Origin: Candidatus Saccharimonadales bacterium
GTDB lineage: Bacteria > Patescibacteriota > Saccharimonadia > Saccharimonadales > JANWIN01
Assembly (NCBI GenBank): GCA_038231155.1
Contig: JBBRLY010000012.1
Span: 192,645-256,644, forward strand
DNA length: 64,000 nucleotides
Direction of reading: 5' to 3'
Positions 29,260 to 36,599 of the stretch are shown in pieces. A model generated the notes under the pieces. That model was not told where the DNA came from. It saw nothing but the letters and a program-made list of their open reading frames with translations, and did not search any database. The translations under genes were made by a program, and so were the position numbers. The first letter of the stretch is position 1, and each line of letters begins with the position of its first letter.

Positions 29260-29499
29260 TTAAGTACTAAGTTTTACGCCTGTTGCCTCAGCAACTTTCA
29301 AAATCCATTGTTCCAGTCTGTCGACTTTGTGACCTAAAGATAACATTTCTTGCATATAGGTTTCAGTTTGCTTAGCATAAGCATCTACAGACTTATGTAG
29401 GTTACTAATTTGCCGATGGACTTTTCTAAAACCATCATCCACATTATCAAAGCGCTTATTCATATGTTTGAATAATTTAGTAAACTCGTCCTCGCTCAT
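29260..29499 (-). CDS. hypothetical coiled-coil protein
   Basis: 79 aa helical ORF; TATACT sits 6 nt upstream of the ATG. Confidence 0.45.
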   Translation of the reverse strand: MSEDEFTKLFKHMNKRFDNVDDGFRKVHRQISNLHKSVDAYAKQTETYMQEMLSLGHKVDRLEQWILKVAEATGVKLST

Positions 29500-29554
29500 G
29501 GCTAAAGTATAACATTATGTATCAGCAGTTATTGCAAGTTTAATAATATAAAAA

Positions 29555-29593
29555 GCTTATGCTTGGCGGACCTTATCGGAGTGGATGTGGAAC
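29555..29593 (-). repeat. tRNA-Asp-3'-end-derived repeat, class B (B2)
   Basis: gcttatgcttggcggaccttatcggagtggatgtggaac. Confidence 0.8.
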
Positions 29594-29595
29594 TA

Positions 29596-30024
29596 TTACT
29601 CAGGAAGGATTTCAAATCTACCATCTTCATAAGATGGTTCACAAATTTCGTAGAAGACAAGTCCAGTTGTTTCGTCTGCTGACCACTGCATGGTCTGGCC
29701 GACAGATACATCGACTTCTTTACCTTTGTCTTCTTCTGACTCAAATGTATACTTTTGCGAGCGGCCGTCTTTTGAGACTACAGTAAGAGCGGCTTTACCA
29801 TCTAGAAACCCCTCTATGGTTTTGTCGCCTTTTAGGACCCGCTGAAGTGGTGTCTTGAAGCCGCCAGCTACTCGAACAATAGCCAGGTCGCGAGTGTTAT
29901 CATCCTCAAAGGTATAAACATCACACTCAACTCCATCTTTGACTTGTTGGGTCTCAACATACTTAACAGAATTTGGCTGTTCACCTATTGAAAAGCTGGA
30001 TAGTTTCTCAGGATTGTTGAGCAT
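29596..30024 (-). CDS. hypothetical protein, possibly cupin-like beta-barrel
   Basis: 142 aa, beta-rich; the fold assignment is tentative. Confidence 0.4.
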   Translation of the reverse strand: MLNNPEKLSSFSIGEQPNSVKYVETQQVKDGVECDVYTFEDDNTRDLAIVRVAGGFKTPLQRVLKGDKTIEGFLDGKAALTVVSKDGRSQKYTFESEEDKGKEVDVSVGQTMQWSADETTGLVFYEICEPSYEDGRFEILPE

Positions 30025-30070
30025 GACTTTATCATAACAAAAAGAGACATTTCTGCCTCGTTTATATAGT

Positions 30071-30108
30071 GCTTATACTTGGCGGGGTATAGAGTCGGAT
30101 TTCCGAAC
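30071..30108 (-). repeat. tRNA-Asp-3'-end-derived repeat, class A (A3)
   Basis: gcttatacttggcggggtatagagtcggatttccgaac; its last base is shared with the stop codon of 30108..30290. Confidence 0.8.
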
Positions 30109-30290
30109 TATTTACGTTGGCGACTTTTAAATAGTCCCACCACTCCGACTATAAATAGAACAAGACCCACTAAGTATCCTGTCACAACCAAAGCCATAAT
30201 AAAATTATTGTTACGACTTTGATAAAAATGTGTACCTATGATCAGTACTACTCCGACAAGTAAGATAGCTTGGTTTGAATTTTTATTCAT
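30108..30290 (-). CDS. tiny two-TM membrane protein
   Basis: 60 aa, two hydrophobic helices, basic C-terminus. Confidence 0.4.
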   Translation of the reverse strand: MNKNSNQAILLVGVVLIIGTHFYQSRNNNFIMALVVTGYLVGLVLFIVGVVGLFKSRQRK

Positions 30291-30326
30291 GAATAAAAAT
30301 ATGATAGCAAATTTGAAGTATAACCA

Positions 30327-30359
30327 ATATGGCGGATCTTAACTGAGCAGGTGTGGAAG
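30327..30359 (-). repeat. tRNA-Asp-3'-end-derived repeat, class B (B3, left arm degenerate)
   Basis: atatggcggatcttaactgagcaggtgtggaag. Confidence 0.65.
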
Positions 30360-30363
30360 TATT

Positions 30364-31599
30364 TTATATATCCCTTACACTCCCAAATGGCACACGTTTA
30401 ATAATTACATCTTCCATATTAGCCATTGTTGCAGGTATAACAGTGAATTCTCCGTACTTATCGTTTATTTTGTCTGCTGCATAAGCAAGTGACCTGGAAT
30501 CTAGTCTAGTACCATCAAATAAACCTACTTGTATAGGTGTAGCAGGTACTAGGTCATACACTGCAATATTTATATGAGTTACCCGTGCTGGTATAGCTAC
30601 CAACCTAAACAAGCGCATCATGTGTAAGTATATTTCTTGAGTTGAATAGAGCATTCCTTTAGTCCTCTGACCTTTACCCCACCAGGTATGATTCTCAAAA
30701 CCTAATCCTAAAAAGGCACCTTGAGCTTGGTAATCGTGCATACGTAATCGTCTTCCCGTCTTTTCGCACAGCTTCATGATAAGCCGTGATATTTCTTCAC
30801 GGTTATCTGTTTTGTTGCCGACAGCATAGTCGTTTCCAAAGCTCTTAGTTGCAAACTTTACTGAATCAACTTCATAGCCTCTTAGACGTAAGTACCAATA
30901 ATAACCTACAATACTTTTAAAGACGGCTTTCTTTAGTTTAAACATGGGGGCTTCTAAGAATTCTAGTGGAGTAAATATGTTCTGCAGATTCAGACGAGCC
31001 TTATATCGGTAGTTAATACCAGGTAGGTCTATAAGGTCCAACTGTCCATAGAGATTGTAGATATCTTTAGCTGTAATTACATCCAGACCATCTGGTTTGT
31101 CCATTCCAGCTGCTATTTTAGCTAAGAATCTATTAGGACCTATACCTATATTTACAGTGACATATTCACCCAACGACTCTTTAATATCCTTTTTTATCTG
31201 ATAACCCACCTCAACCAAGCTTTGTCCTCTTTGTACAGCTTGGGAGCCTTTAAAATCGACCACAAACTCGTCAATCGACTTAGGTGTTACTTCGTTGGTA
31301 TATCTCTCTAAAACGGCTCTAAATCGTCTATGGGCATCAAAGTATTTATCTGGGTCTGGAGTAAGTATTATAATGTCTGGACAAATTTCTCTAGCCTCAC
31401 GAACTCGCATAAGTTTTATACCCAAACGTCTTGCTTCGTATGAACTAGCAATAATAAAACCACCAGGTGAGTCGTAAGCTGCTACACCCACTGGCTTGTT
31501 GCGTATCAAACGATTAGCCTGTTGTTCAATAATAGCGTAACAACTATTTAAGTCGATATGCATTATTAATGGCTCACTATTGTTTAGTAACAGTTCCAT
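30364..31599 (-). CDS. Y-family DNA polymerase, UmuC/ImpB-like
   Basis: MHIDLNSCYAIIEQ...KPVGVAAYDSPGGFIIASSYEARRLGIK matches the UmuC-type N-terminus; 411 aa; SD AGGAG upstream. Confidence 0.85.
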   Translation of the reverse strand: MELLLNNSEPLIMHIDLNSCYAIIEQQANRLIRNKPVGVAAYDSPGGFIIASSYEARRLGIKLMRVREAREICPDIIILTPDPDKYFDAHRRFRAVLERYTNEVTPKSIDEFVVDFKGSQAVQRGQSLVEVGYQIKKDIKESLGEYVTVNIGIGPNRFLAKIAAGMDKPDGLDVITAKDIYNLYGQLDLIDLPGINYRYKARLNLQNIFTPLEFLEAPMFKLKKAVFKSIVGYYWYLRLRGYEVDSVKFATKSFGNDYAVGNKTDNREEISRLIMKLCEKTGRRLRMHDYQAQGAFLGLGFENHTWWGKGQRTKGMLYSTQEIYLHMMRLFRLVAIPARVTHINIAVYDLVPATPIQVGLFDGTRLDSRSLAYAADKINDKYGEFTVIPATMANMEDVIIKRVPFGSVRDI

Positions 31600-31628
31600 T
31601 TTTATACTCCTAGAATTAAACTATTAAT

Positions 31629-32294
31629 ATGTGCGGACGCTATACCCTAGACAAACAAGCCGATGATATTGCTAAGCGTTACAACGCGGCCACAAAGGTT
31701 AAAGACTCACGGCCAAACTATAACGTTGCTCCATCACAAGTCATGCCAGTTATTACTGAAGACGAAACTGGCAAACGTCACATTGAATTGATGCGTTGGG
31801 GGATTCCTCGGATGCTGGGTAAAGATTTAGTTAAAGAACTAATTAACACTAGGGCGGAAAAAGCATTTGGAGGCTTCTGGAAACGTACAGTGTTAAATCA
31901 ACGGTGTCTAATACCTGCCACTGGTTTTTATGAATGGAAGACTATTACGACTGGTAAAGTACCATTCTTTATTCATCCTAAACATATAGACTTATATTCC
32001 TTTGCTGGTATTTGGGACACCTGGAAAGGTAAAGATGGTCAGGTAATTAAAACTTACTCAATAATGACCACTGAACCAAACAAAGAAATGAGTTCAATAC
32101 ACAATCGTGAACCAGTTATCTTACACCCAGAAGATGAAGAAGACTGGATTAAGCCATCAAACGATACTGAAGAAAGTCTAGAGAACCTTCTGTTTCCGCT
32201 CGAAGACAATAGTCTTGATATATATGAGGTAAGCAGGGACGTAAACAACCCCAGGAATAACGATAAATCGTTGCTAGTACCTGTAGCTGATTAG
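31629..32294 (+). CDS. SOS response-associated peptidase (SRAP/YedK family)
   Basis: Begins MCGRY (catalytic Cys2), FYEW motif, about 220 aa. Confidence 0.9.
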   Translation: MCGRYTLDKQADDIAKRYNAATKVKDSRPNYNVAPSQVMPVITEDETGKRHIELMRWGIPRMLGKDLVKELINTRAEKAFGGFWKRTVLNQRCLIPATGFYEWKTITTGKVPFFIHPKHIDLYSFAGIWDTWKGKDGQVIKTYSIMTTEPNKEMSSIHNREPVILHPEDEEDWIKPSNDTEESLENLLFPLEDNSLDIYEVSRDVNNPRNNDKSLLVPVAD

Positions 32295-32420
32295 TGAGTA
32301 TGCCACCTTGTTAATAAGCCTGTATGTAGAAAGGCAATCGCCAGTACATGCATGACTAATTCAGATTATAGCACTTGCTAAAATCATCAACCTCTAAAGA
32401 TAGAGATATATGAGTAAATC

Positions 32421-32458
32421 GCTTATGCTTGGCGGGGTATAGAGTCGGATTTCCGAAC
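32421..32458 (-). repeat. tRNA-Asp-3'-end-derived repeat, class A (A4)
   Basis: gcttatgcttggcggggtatagagtcggatttccgaac. Confidence 0.8.
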
Positions 32459-32473
32459 TTTAAAATAGTAACT

Positions 32474-32779
32474 TTAAAATTGAGTACAGAAAGTGAACCC
32501 AAAAAGGATTAGAGGTGCTAGAAGTAAACAAATTATTAATACGAGTGAAGATTTGATAATATATTTTTTTGATTTTTGTTTTATAGAGATAATTAAGCTG
32601 ATTATTGGTAGTATTATGCTTAATGCAAGTAGTATAAATAGTAACGGGTAAAAAAAAGTAGTTTGACCACAACTTCCAGGAACACGTACTCTGTTGCCAA
32701 TTGGCCAAGTTAATAATTCAGAAATAATCGTAAAAACTAATAGTTTGGGTATCAAGCGTTGATTATTAGTAATATCCAT
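32474..32779 (-). CDS. small multi-TM membrane protein
   Basis: 101 aa, three hydrophobic segments; TATACT sits 6 nt upstream of the ATG. Confidence 0.4.
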   Translation of the reverse strand: MDITNNQRLIPKLLVFTIISELLTWPIGNRVRVPGSCGQTTFFYPLLFILLALSIILPIISLIISIKQKSKKYIIKSSLVLIICLLLAPLILFGFTFCTQF

Positions 32780-32804
32780 TGAGAAAGTATATCAAATAGT
32801 AACC

Positions 32805-32843
32805 ACTTATGCTTGGCGGGCCTTAACGGAGCAGGTGTGGAAT
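32805..32843 (-). repeat. tRNA-Asp-3'-end-derived repeat, class B (B4)
   Basis: acttatgcttggcgggccttaacggagcaggtgtggaat. Confidence 0.8.
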
Positions 32844-32847
32844 TATT

Positions 32848-33123
32848 TCACTTTGAAGAACGAGGATTTGATTTTGACTTAGGTATGCAGGCAAGTATTA
32901 ATGCAGGTAATCCAAGAACGATTGGTGAAATAGAACCAACAATACCCATATCCAGACCACAATATTCACCTGTATAACATGAATTTCCTGAGTGAGTAGT
33001 GTAGACAGAAACTATTACCGTTATGATTGCCAAGCCTACAGCATATTTCCAAAATATTCCTCTCAAAACCATTGAGACAATCAAAGCAATAACTGGAATA
33101 AGCAGATATATGTTATAACTCAT
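32848..33123 (-). CDS. small multi-TM membrane protein
   Basis: 91 aa, three hydrophobic segments, basic tail. Confidence 0.45.
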   Translation of the reverse strand: MSYNIYLLIPVIALIVSMVLRGIFWKYAVGLAIITVIVSVYTTHSGNSCYTGEYCGLDMGIVGSISPIVLGLPALILACIPKSKSNPRSSK

Positions 33124-33171
33124 TGGAACAATAATATATGGATTTCAATAATTAATTAAAACGCTAATGCT

Positions 33172-33248
33172 TGGCGGGCTCGACCGGATTTGAACCGGCG
33201 ATCTCCTCCGTGACAGGGAGGCGTGTTAGACCACTACACTACGAGCCC
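33172..33248 (-). tRNA. tRNA-Asp (anticodon GTC)
   Basis: Cloverleaf: acceptor GGGCTCG/CGAGCCC, anticodon stem CCTCC/GGAGG, loop CTGTCAC, T-arm GCCGG-TTCAAAT-CCGGT, discriminator G, CCA. Confidence 0.9.
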
Positions 33249-33311
33249 ACTTAGTTACATTAGTAAATGTAACAGATGTGATGATAGCAATTTACCCCTT
33301 AAAAAGCAAAC

Positions 33312-33326
33312 CTTATCTGCTATAAT
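33312..33326 (+). promoter_or_regulatory. extended -10 promoter CTTATCTGCTATAAT for the tRNA-Thr/tRNA-Gly unit
   Basis: TGcTATAAT lies 20 nt before the first tRNA base; same motif family as 9065 and 17655. Confidence 0.5.
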
Positions 33327-33345
33327 TACCTCTGTTAATAGATAT

Positions 33346-33422
33346 GCCATCTTAGCTCAGTTGGCTAGAGCACCACTTTCGTAAAGTGGGAGTCCGGGGT
33401 TCGAATCCCCGAGATGGCTCCA
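33346..33422 (+). tRNA. tRNA-Thr (anticodon CGT)
   Basis: Acceptor GCCATCT/AGATGGC, anticodon stem CCACT/AGTGG, loop TTCGTAA, T-arm CGGGG-TTCGAAT-CCCCG, discriminator T, CCA. Confidence 0.9.
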
Positions 33423-33435
33423 TTTAAGAAGACAA

Positions 33436-33509
33436 GCGGGATTAGTATAATGATAGTACGTGTGCTTCCCAAGCACGAAGCATGAGTTTGATTCTCGTAT
33501 CCCGCACCA
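33436..33509 (+). tRNA. tRNA-Gly (anticodon CCC)
   Basis: Acceptor GCGGGAT/ATCCCGC, anticodon stem TGTGC/GCACG, loop TTCCCAA, T-loop TTTGATT, CCA. Confidence 0.85.
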
Positions 33510-33542
33510 GCTTTTAATAAAACAGTGTAAAATTAATACTAA

Positions 33543-33908
33543 ATGTCACTACCAAAAGAATATTTACGTGACCGCTTGGTCTTGTTATTACTGACAGTTA
33601 GCGCTTTTTTGACGGTATTAGGTACCGTTTTGATTCTTCTCAGGTTCCAACCGGGTAGAAATGAAGGTTATATCGTTCAGTGCCGTAACTGCTCTGATAC
33701 TTTGGATGTAAGTAGGTTCACCAATGGTCGTGCTTCGGACCTCCTGGCTTTTATTGTCTTTATGGTACTTGTTCTAGCTATTAATACTGTCATAAGTACT
33801 AGGGTTTACCGTATTCACCGTCAATTTGCCGTTGCCATTCTTGGTATGGGTATACTACTCATAGTTTTAGCCATAATCGTTAGTAATGCACTGTTAGTGC
33901 TGAAGTAA
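33543..33908 (+). CDS. small membrane protein coupled to the GT2 synthase
   Basis: 121 aa, three TM segments; TAATG overlap with the next gene. Confidence 0.5.
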   Translation: MSLPKEYLRDRLVLLLLTVSAFLTVLGTVLILLRFQPGRNEGYIVQCRNCSDTLDVSRFTNGRASDLLAFIVFMVLVLAINTVISTRVYRIHRQFAVAILGMGILLIVLAIIVSNALLVLK

Positions 33909-35524
33909 TGAAAGCTCAAGATATTGAAATACCGCTGGTAAAAGAGCGAAGCAAAAGATATCGTTTATTTGAGATTCTACCTGGTGCTATTACTTGGACA
34001 ATACTATTATTACCATTTTGGCTCAGTCTTATTAATCCACGTCTGACCATCGTATTAATAATTGCATATCTGTTACTTTGGTTCGTCAAATCGATTGGTC
34101 TAGATATTAGAGCCTTACAAGGTTACAGCATCATGCAAAAACAGAAAAAGATGGATTGGCACCGAATGCTTAAAGATATTGAGACCGGTAAATCAGAAGC
34201 GCATCAGTCTAGCCTACCAAAGTGGCACTATGCCAATATGGAAAGATTAAAGGATCAACCGCATTTATATAAACCAAGCGACATTATTCAAGTGGCTATG
34301 ATCGCCACTTATAACGAGAGCCGGGAAATACTGGAACCGACTATTCAATCTGTTTTGGATTCGCATTTTGATATGCAAAAGGTGATTTTAGTACTAGCTT
34401 ACGAAGAACGGGGCGGTCCTCAAGTAGAAACCCAAGCTGAGCAGTTAATCGATAAATACTCCTCTAAATTTTTGCATGCCATGGCCGTTAAACATCCTAA
34501 AGATCTGCCTAATGAAATCATTGGTAAGGGCGGGAATATCACATTCGCGGGGCGTAAATTACAGAGCTATTTAGAATCTCAGAAAATCGAGCCATTAAGG
34601 GTGGTAGTTACGACACTTGATGCAGATAATCACCCTCACCCCAGTTATTTTGCCGCCTTAACTTACATGTATGTAATTTGTCCGGATCCGGTACATATAT
34701 CTTTTCAACCAATTCCGATGTATACCAATAACATTTGGGATGCTCCGGCGCCGATGCGGGTAATTGCCACAGGTAATTCGTTTTGGAACGTAGTCTTGAG
34801 TCTGCGGCCACATATGCTTCGCAATTTTTCGTCTCATGCTCAAAGCATGCAGACTATAATTGACACTAATTTTTGGAGTGTTCGCACTATAGTTGAAGAT
34901 GGCCATCAGTTTTGGAGAACATACTTTCGATACGACGGTAATCACGAAGTTTACCCTATATATTTACCGATATATCAGGATGCTGTTTTTGCTGACGGTT
35001 ATTTAAAAACTCTAAAAGCTCAATTTATTCAACTGCGACGCTGGGCTTGGGGTGCTTCAGATATAGCTTACGTGGCAGAAAAAGGTTTCTTTTCAGATAA
35101 CAAAGTACCAAAATTGGATATGTTTCTTAAGTTTTGCAGATTATTAGAAGGACACATAACCTGGGCAGTAGCACCGCTAGTTATTGCTTTCTCGGCGTTT
35201 ATTCCAGTATTGTTTAATCCTAAAGACTACGGTGCAGTACAGTTACCAGTATTAGCAAGTCAGATTGAAACTATCGCTTTAGTTGGTATCTTAGCGACAC
35301 TTTTTATTAGTCTTAAAACTCTACCACCCAAACCAGCTCGCTATAAAGCTCACCGTAACGTTTTTATGTTAATTCAATGGGTATATTTACCAATTACCAC
35401 CGTAATGTATAACTCATTGTCAGCTGTTTATTCCCAGACTAGATTAATGTTTGGTTGGTATATCGGCAAGTTTGATGTAACTGAAAAAGCTGTAAAAACA
35501 GAAGATAACAAGACTATTACATAG
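33908..35524 (+). CDS. membrane-embedded family 2 glycosyltransferase (processive synthase-like)
   Basis: TLDADNHP (DxD) and QLRRWAWG (QxxRW) motifs between N- and C-terminal TM bundles; 538 aa. Confidence 0.8.
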   Translation: MKAQDIEIPLVKERSKRYRLFEILPGAITWTILLLPFWLSLINPRLTIVLIIAYLLLWFVKSIGLDIRALQGYSIMQKQKKMDWHRMLKDIETGKSEAHQSSLPKWHYANMERLKDQPHLYKPSDIIQVAMIATYNESREILEPTIQSVLDSHFDMQKVILVLAYEERGGPQVETQAEQLIDKYSSKFLHAMAVKHPKDLPNEIIGKGGNITFAGRKLQSYLESQKIEPLRVVVTTLDADNHPHPSYFAALTYMYVICPDPVHISFQPIPMYTNNIWDAPAPMRVIATGNSFWNVVLSLRPHMLRNFSSHAQSMQTIIDTNFWSVRTIVEDGHQFWRTYFRYDGNHEVYPIYLPIYQDAVFADGYLKTLKAQFIQLRRWAWGASDIAYVAEKGFFSDNKVPKLDMFLKFCRLLEGHITWAVAPLVIAFSAFIPVLFNPKDYGAVQLPVLASQIETIALVGILATLFISLKTLPPKPARYKAHRNVFMLIQWVYLPITTVMYNSLSAVYSQTRLMFGWYIGKFDVTEKAVKTEDNKTIT

Positions 35525-35533
35525 TTGAAAGAT

Positions 35534-35938
35534 CTAGATATGATGGTAGGCGGCAAATTGTACCGCTGCAGCTTTATCAAAATGGTTCAATACCTTAAGC
35601 GAGGTTCCAATTATTTGTTCTCTTGTTATCGAAGCATTGGTGATGCCTGGCATAGCTTTACTCAAAATAGTGGATGTTAAAGCCGTAGCGGCTGCCTGAG
35701 CATCATTACGGTGTTTAAGTGATTCATAGATGCTTATAAGTAACTTATCGCGTTCAAACGGTTTAGAATGGCCTGATTTATCTAAATATAAAATTGAAGA
35801 TCGCAAATCAGCTAACTCAACAGAGGTAAAGATAGCACCACAACTTAAACATTTACGCCGCCGCCAGGTTTGATTAGTTTTCTTTTGAGAGCGCGAGTTT
35901 ACAACTGATGTTTTATGACCACAATATAGGCATACCAT
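35534..35938 (-). CDS. nrdR: transcriptional repressor NrdR
   Basis: N-terminal zinc ribbon CLYCGHKTSVVNSR...RRRKCLSCGAIFTS then an ATP-cone-like region. Confidence 0.85.
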   Translation of the reverse strand: MVCLYCGHKTSVVNSRSQKKTNQTWRRRKCLSCGAIFTSVELADLRSSILYLDKSGHSKPFERDKLLISIYESLKHRNDAQAAATALTSTILSKAMPGITNASITREQIIGTSLKVLNHFDKAAAVQFAAYHHI

Positions 35939-36325
35939 GTCAATATATTGACATACGGCAATGAGAATGTGAAGTGGAAAAACTCTATAAAATAGTGGAT
36001 AGATGACTATTTAACAGCATCAATAAAAACAAATAGCCCCAAGTTACCTTGGGGCCCCATCCGTTGGGCTAGACAAGTTAGCTATTTGCTAGTTGCGCTA
36101 ACTGGTCGGATGCGTCGTAAACGACTGGTTGGTTTGGTTGAAGTGAGCTCTTCATAAAAGAGCTTAAAACTGCCAAGCGATCCGTTGGTACTCAAAAAGA
36201 GCGCCTCCCGTTTAACCTGCTTAAGCTAACATAAATAAGTATAATAGTCAATAGTAGTAACACCTTAAGCGCAATGAAAATTAATACAGCAAATAATTAA
36301 AAAAGCTCATGTCTGGTATATGATT

Positions 36326-36404
36326 TGGTGGGCGTGAAGGGACTCGAACCCCCGAAACCTCTTCCACGTCAAGGAAGCGCTCTAGCCAACTGAGCTACAC
36401 GCCC
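36326..36404 (-). tRNA. tRNA-Val (anticodon GAC)
   Basis: Acceptor GGGCGTG/CACGCCC, anticodon stem CTTCC/GGAAG, loop TTGACGT, T-loop TTCGAGT, CCA. My hand fold gives a slightly long variable region, so the ends need tRNAscan confirmation. Confidence 0.8.
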
Positions 36405-36599
36405 GTAACGGATGTAAGAATAGCTAAGAAAATCAAAAAAGTAAAATTACCCACTATCATGAAGGCAAAAATATCATAAATGAGTTATTTTTTATACACA
36501 GGTCCATAGTGAAAATCACAATAGTTTATTACTAGCCATATAATACTAACACTGATATTATTATTTCTACGGTCTTGACCAGTTCAGGGCTAAAAGGTG

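Noticed and set aside
32460-32708. Alternative 82-aa ORF overlapping 32474..32779
   Set aside because: Its composition is Asn/Tyr/Lys-rich and non-membrane-like in a different frame. The 101-aa frame gives coherent TM helices and has a -10 box 6 nt from its ATG.
27162-33171. The regularly spaced direct repeats could be a CRISPR array
   Set aside because: The intervals are 300-2100 bp and contain complete genes with their own promoters. The repeats come in two classes and are derived from the tRNA-Asp 3' end. No cas genes are present.
27162-33171. The repeats could be canonical integron attC sites
   Set aside because: They lack the imperfect inverted-repeat (R''-L''/L'-R') symmetry needed to fold attC hairpins. 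There is no adjacent intI/attI/Pc module. Only the cassette-like organisation is analogous.
27162-33171. The repeats could be intrinsic terminators of the cassette genes
   Set aside because: Only a 4-bp TCGG/CCGA stem is possible in class A, no consistent stem exists in class B, and no U-run follows on the gene strand.
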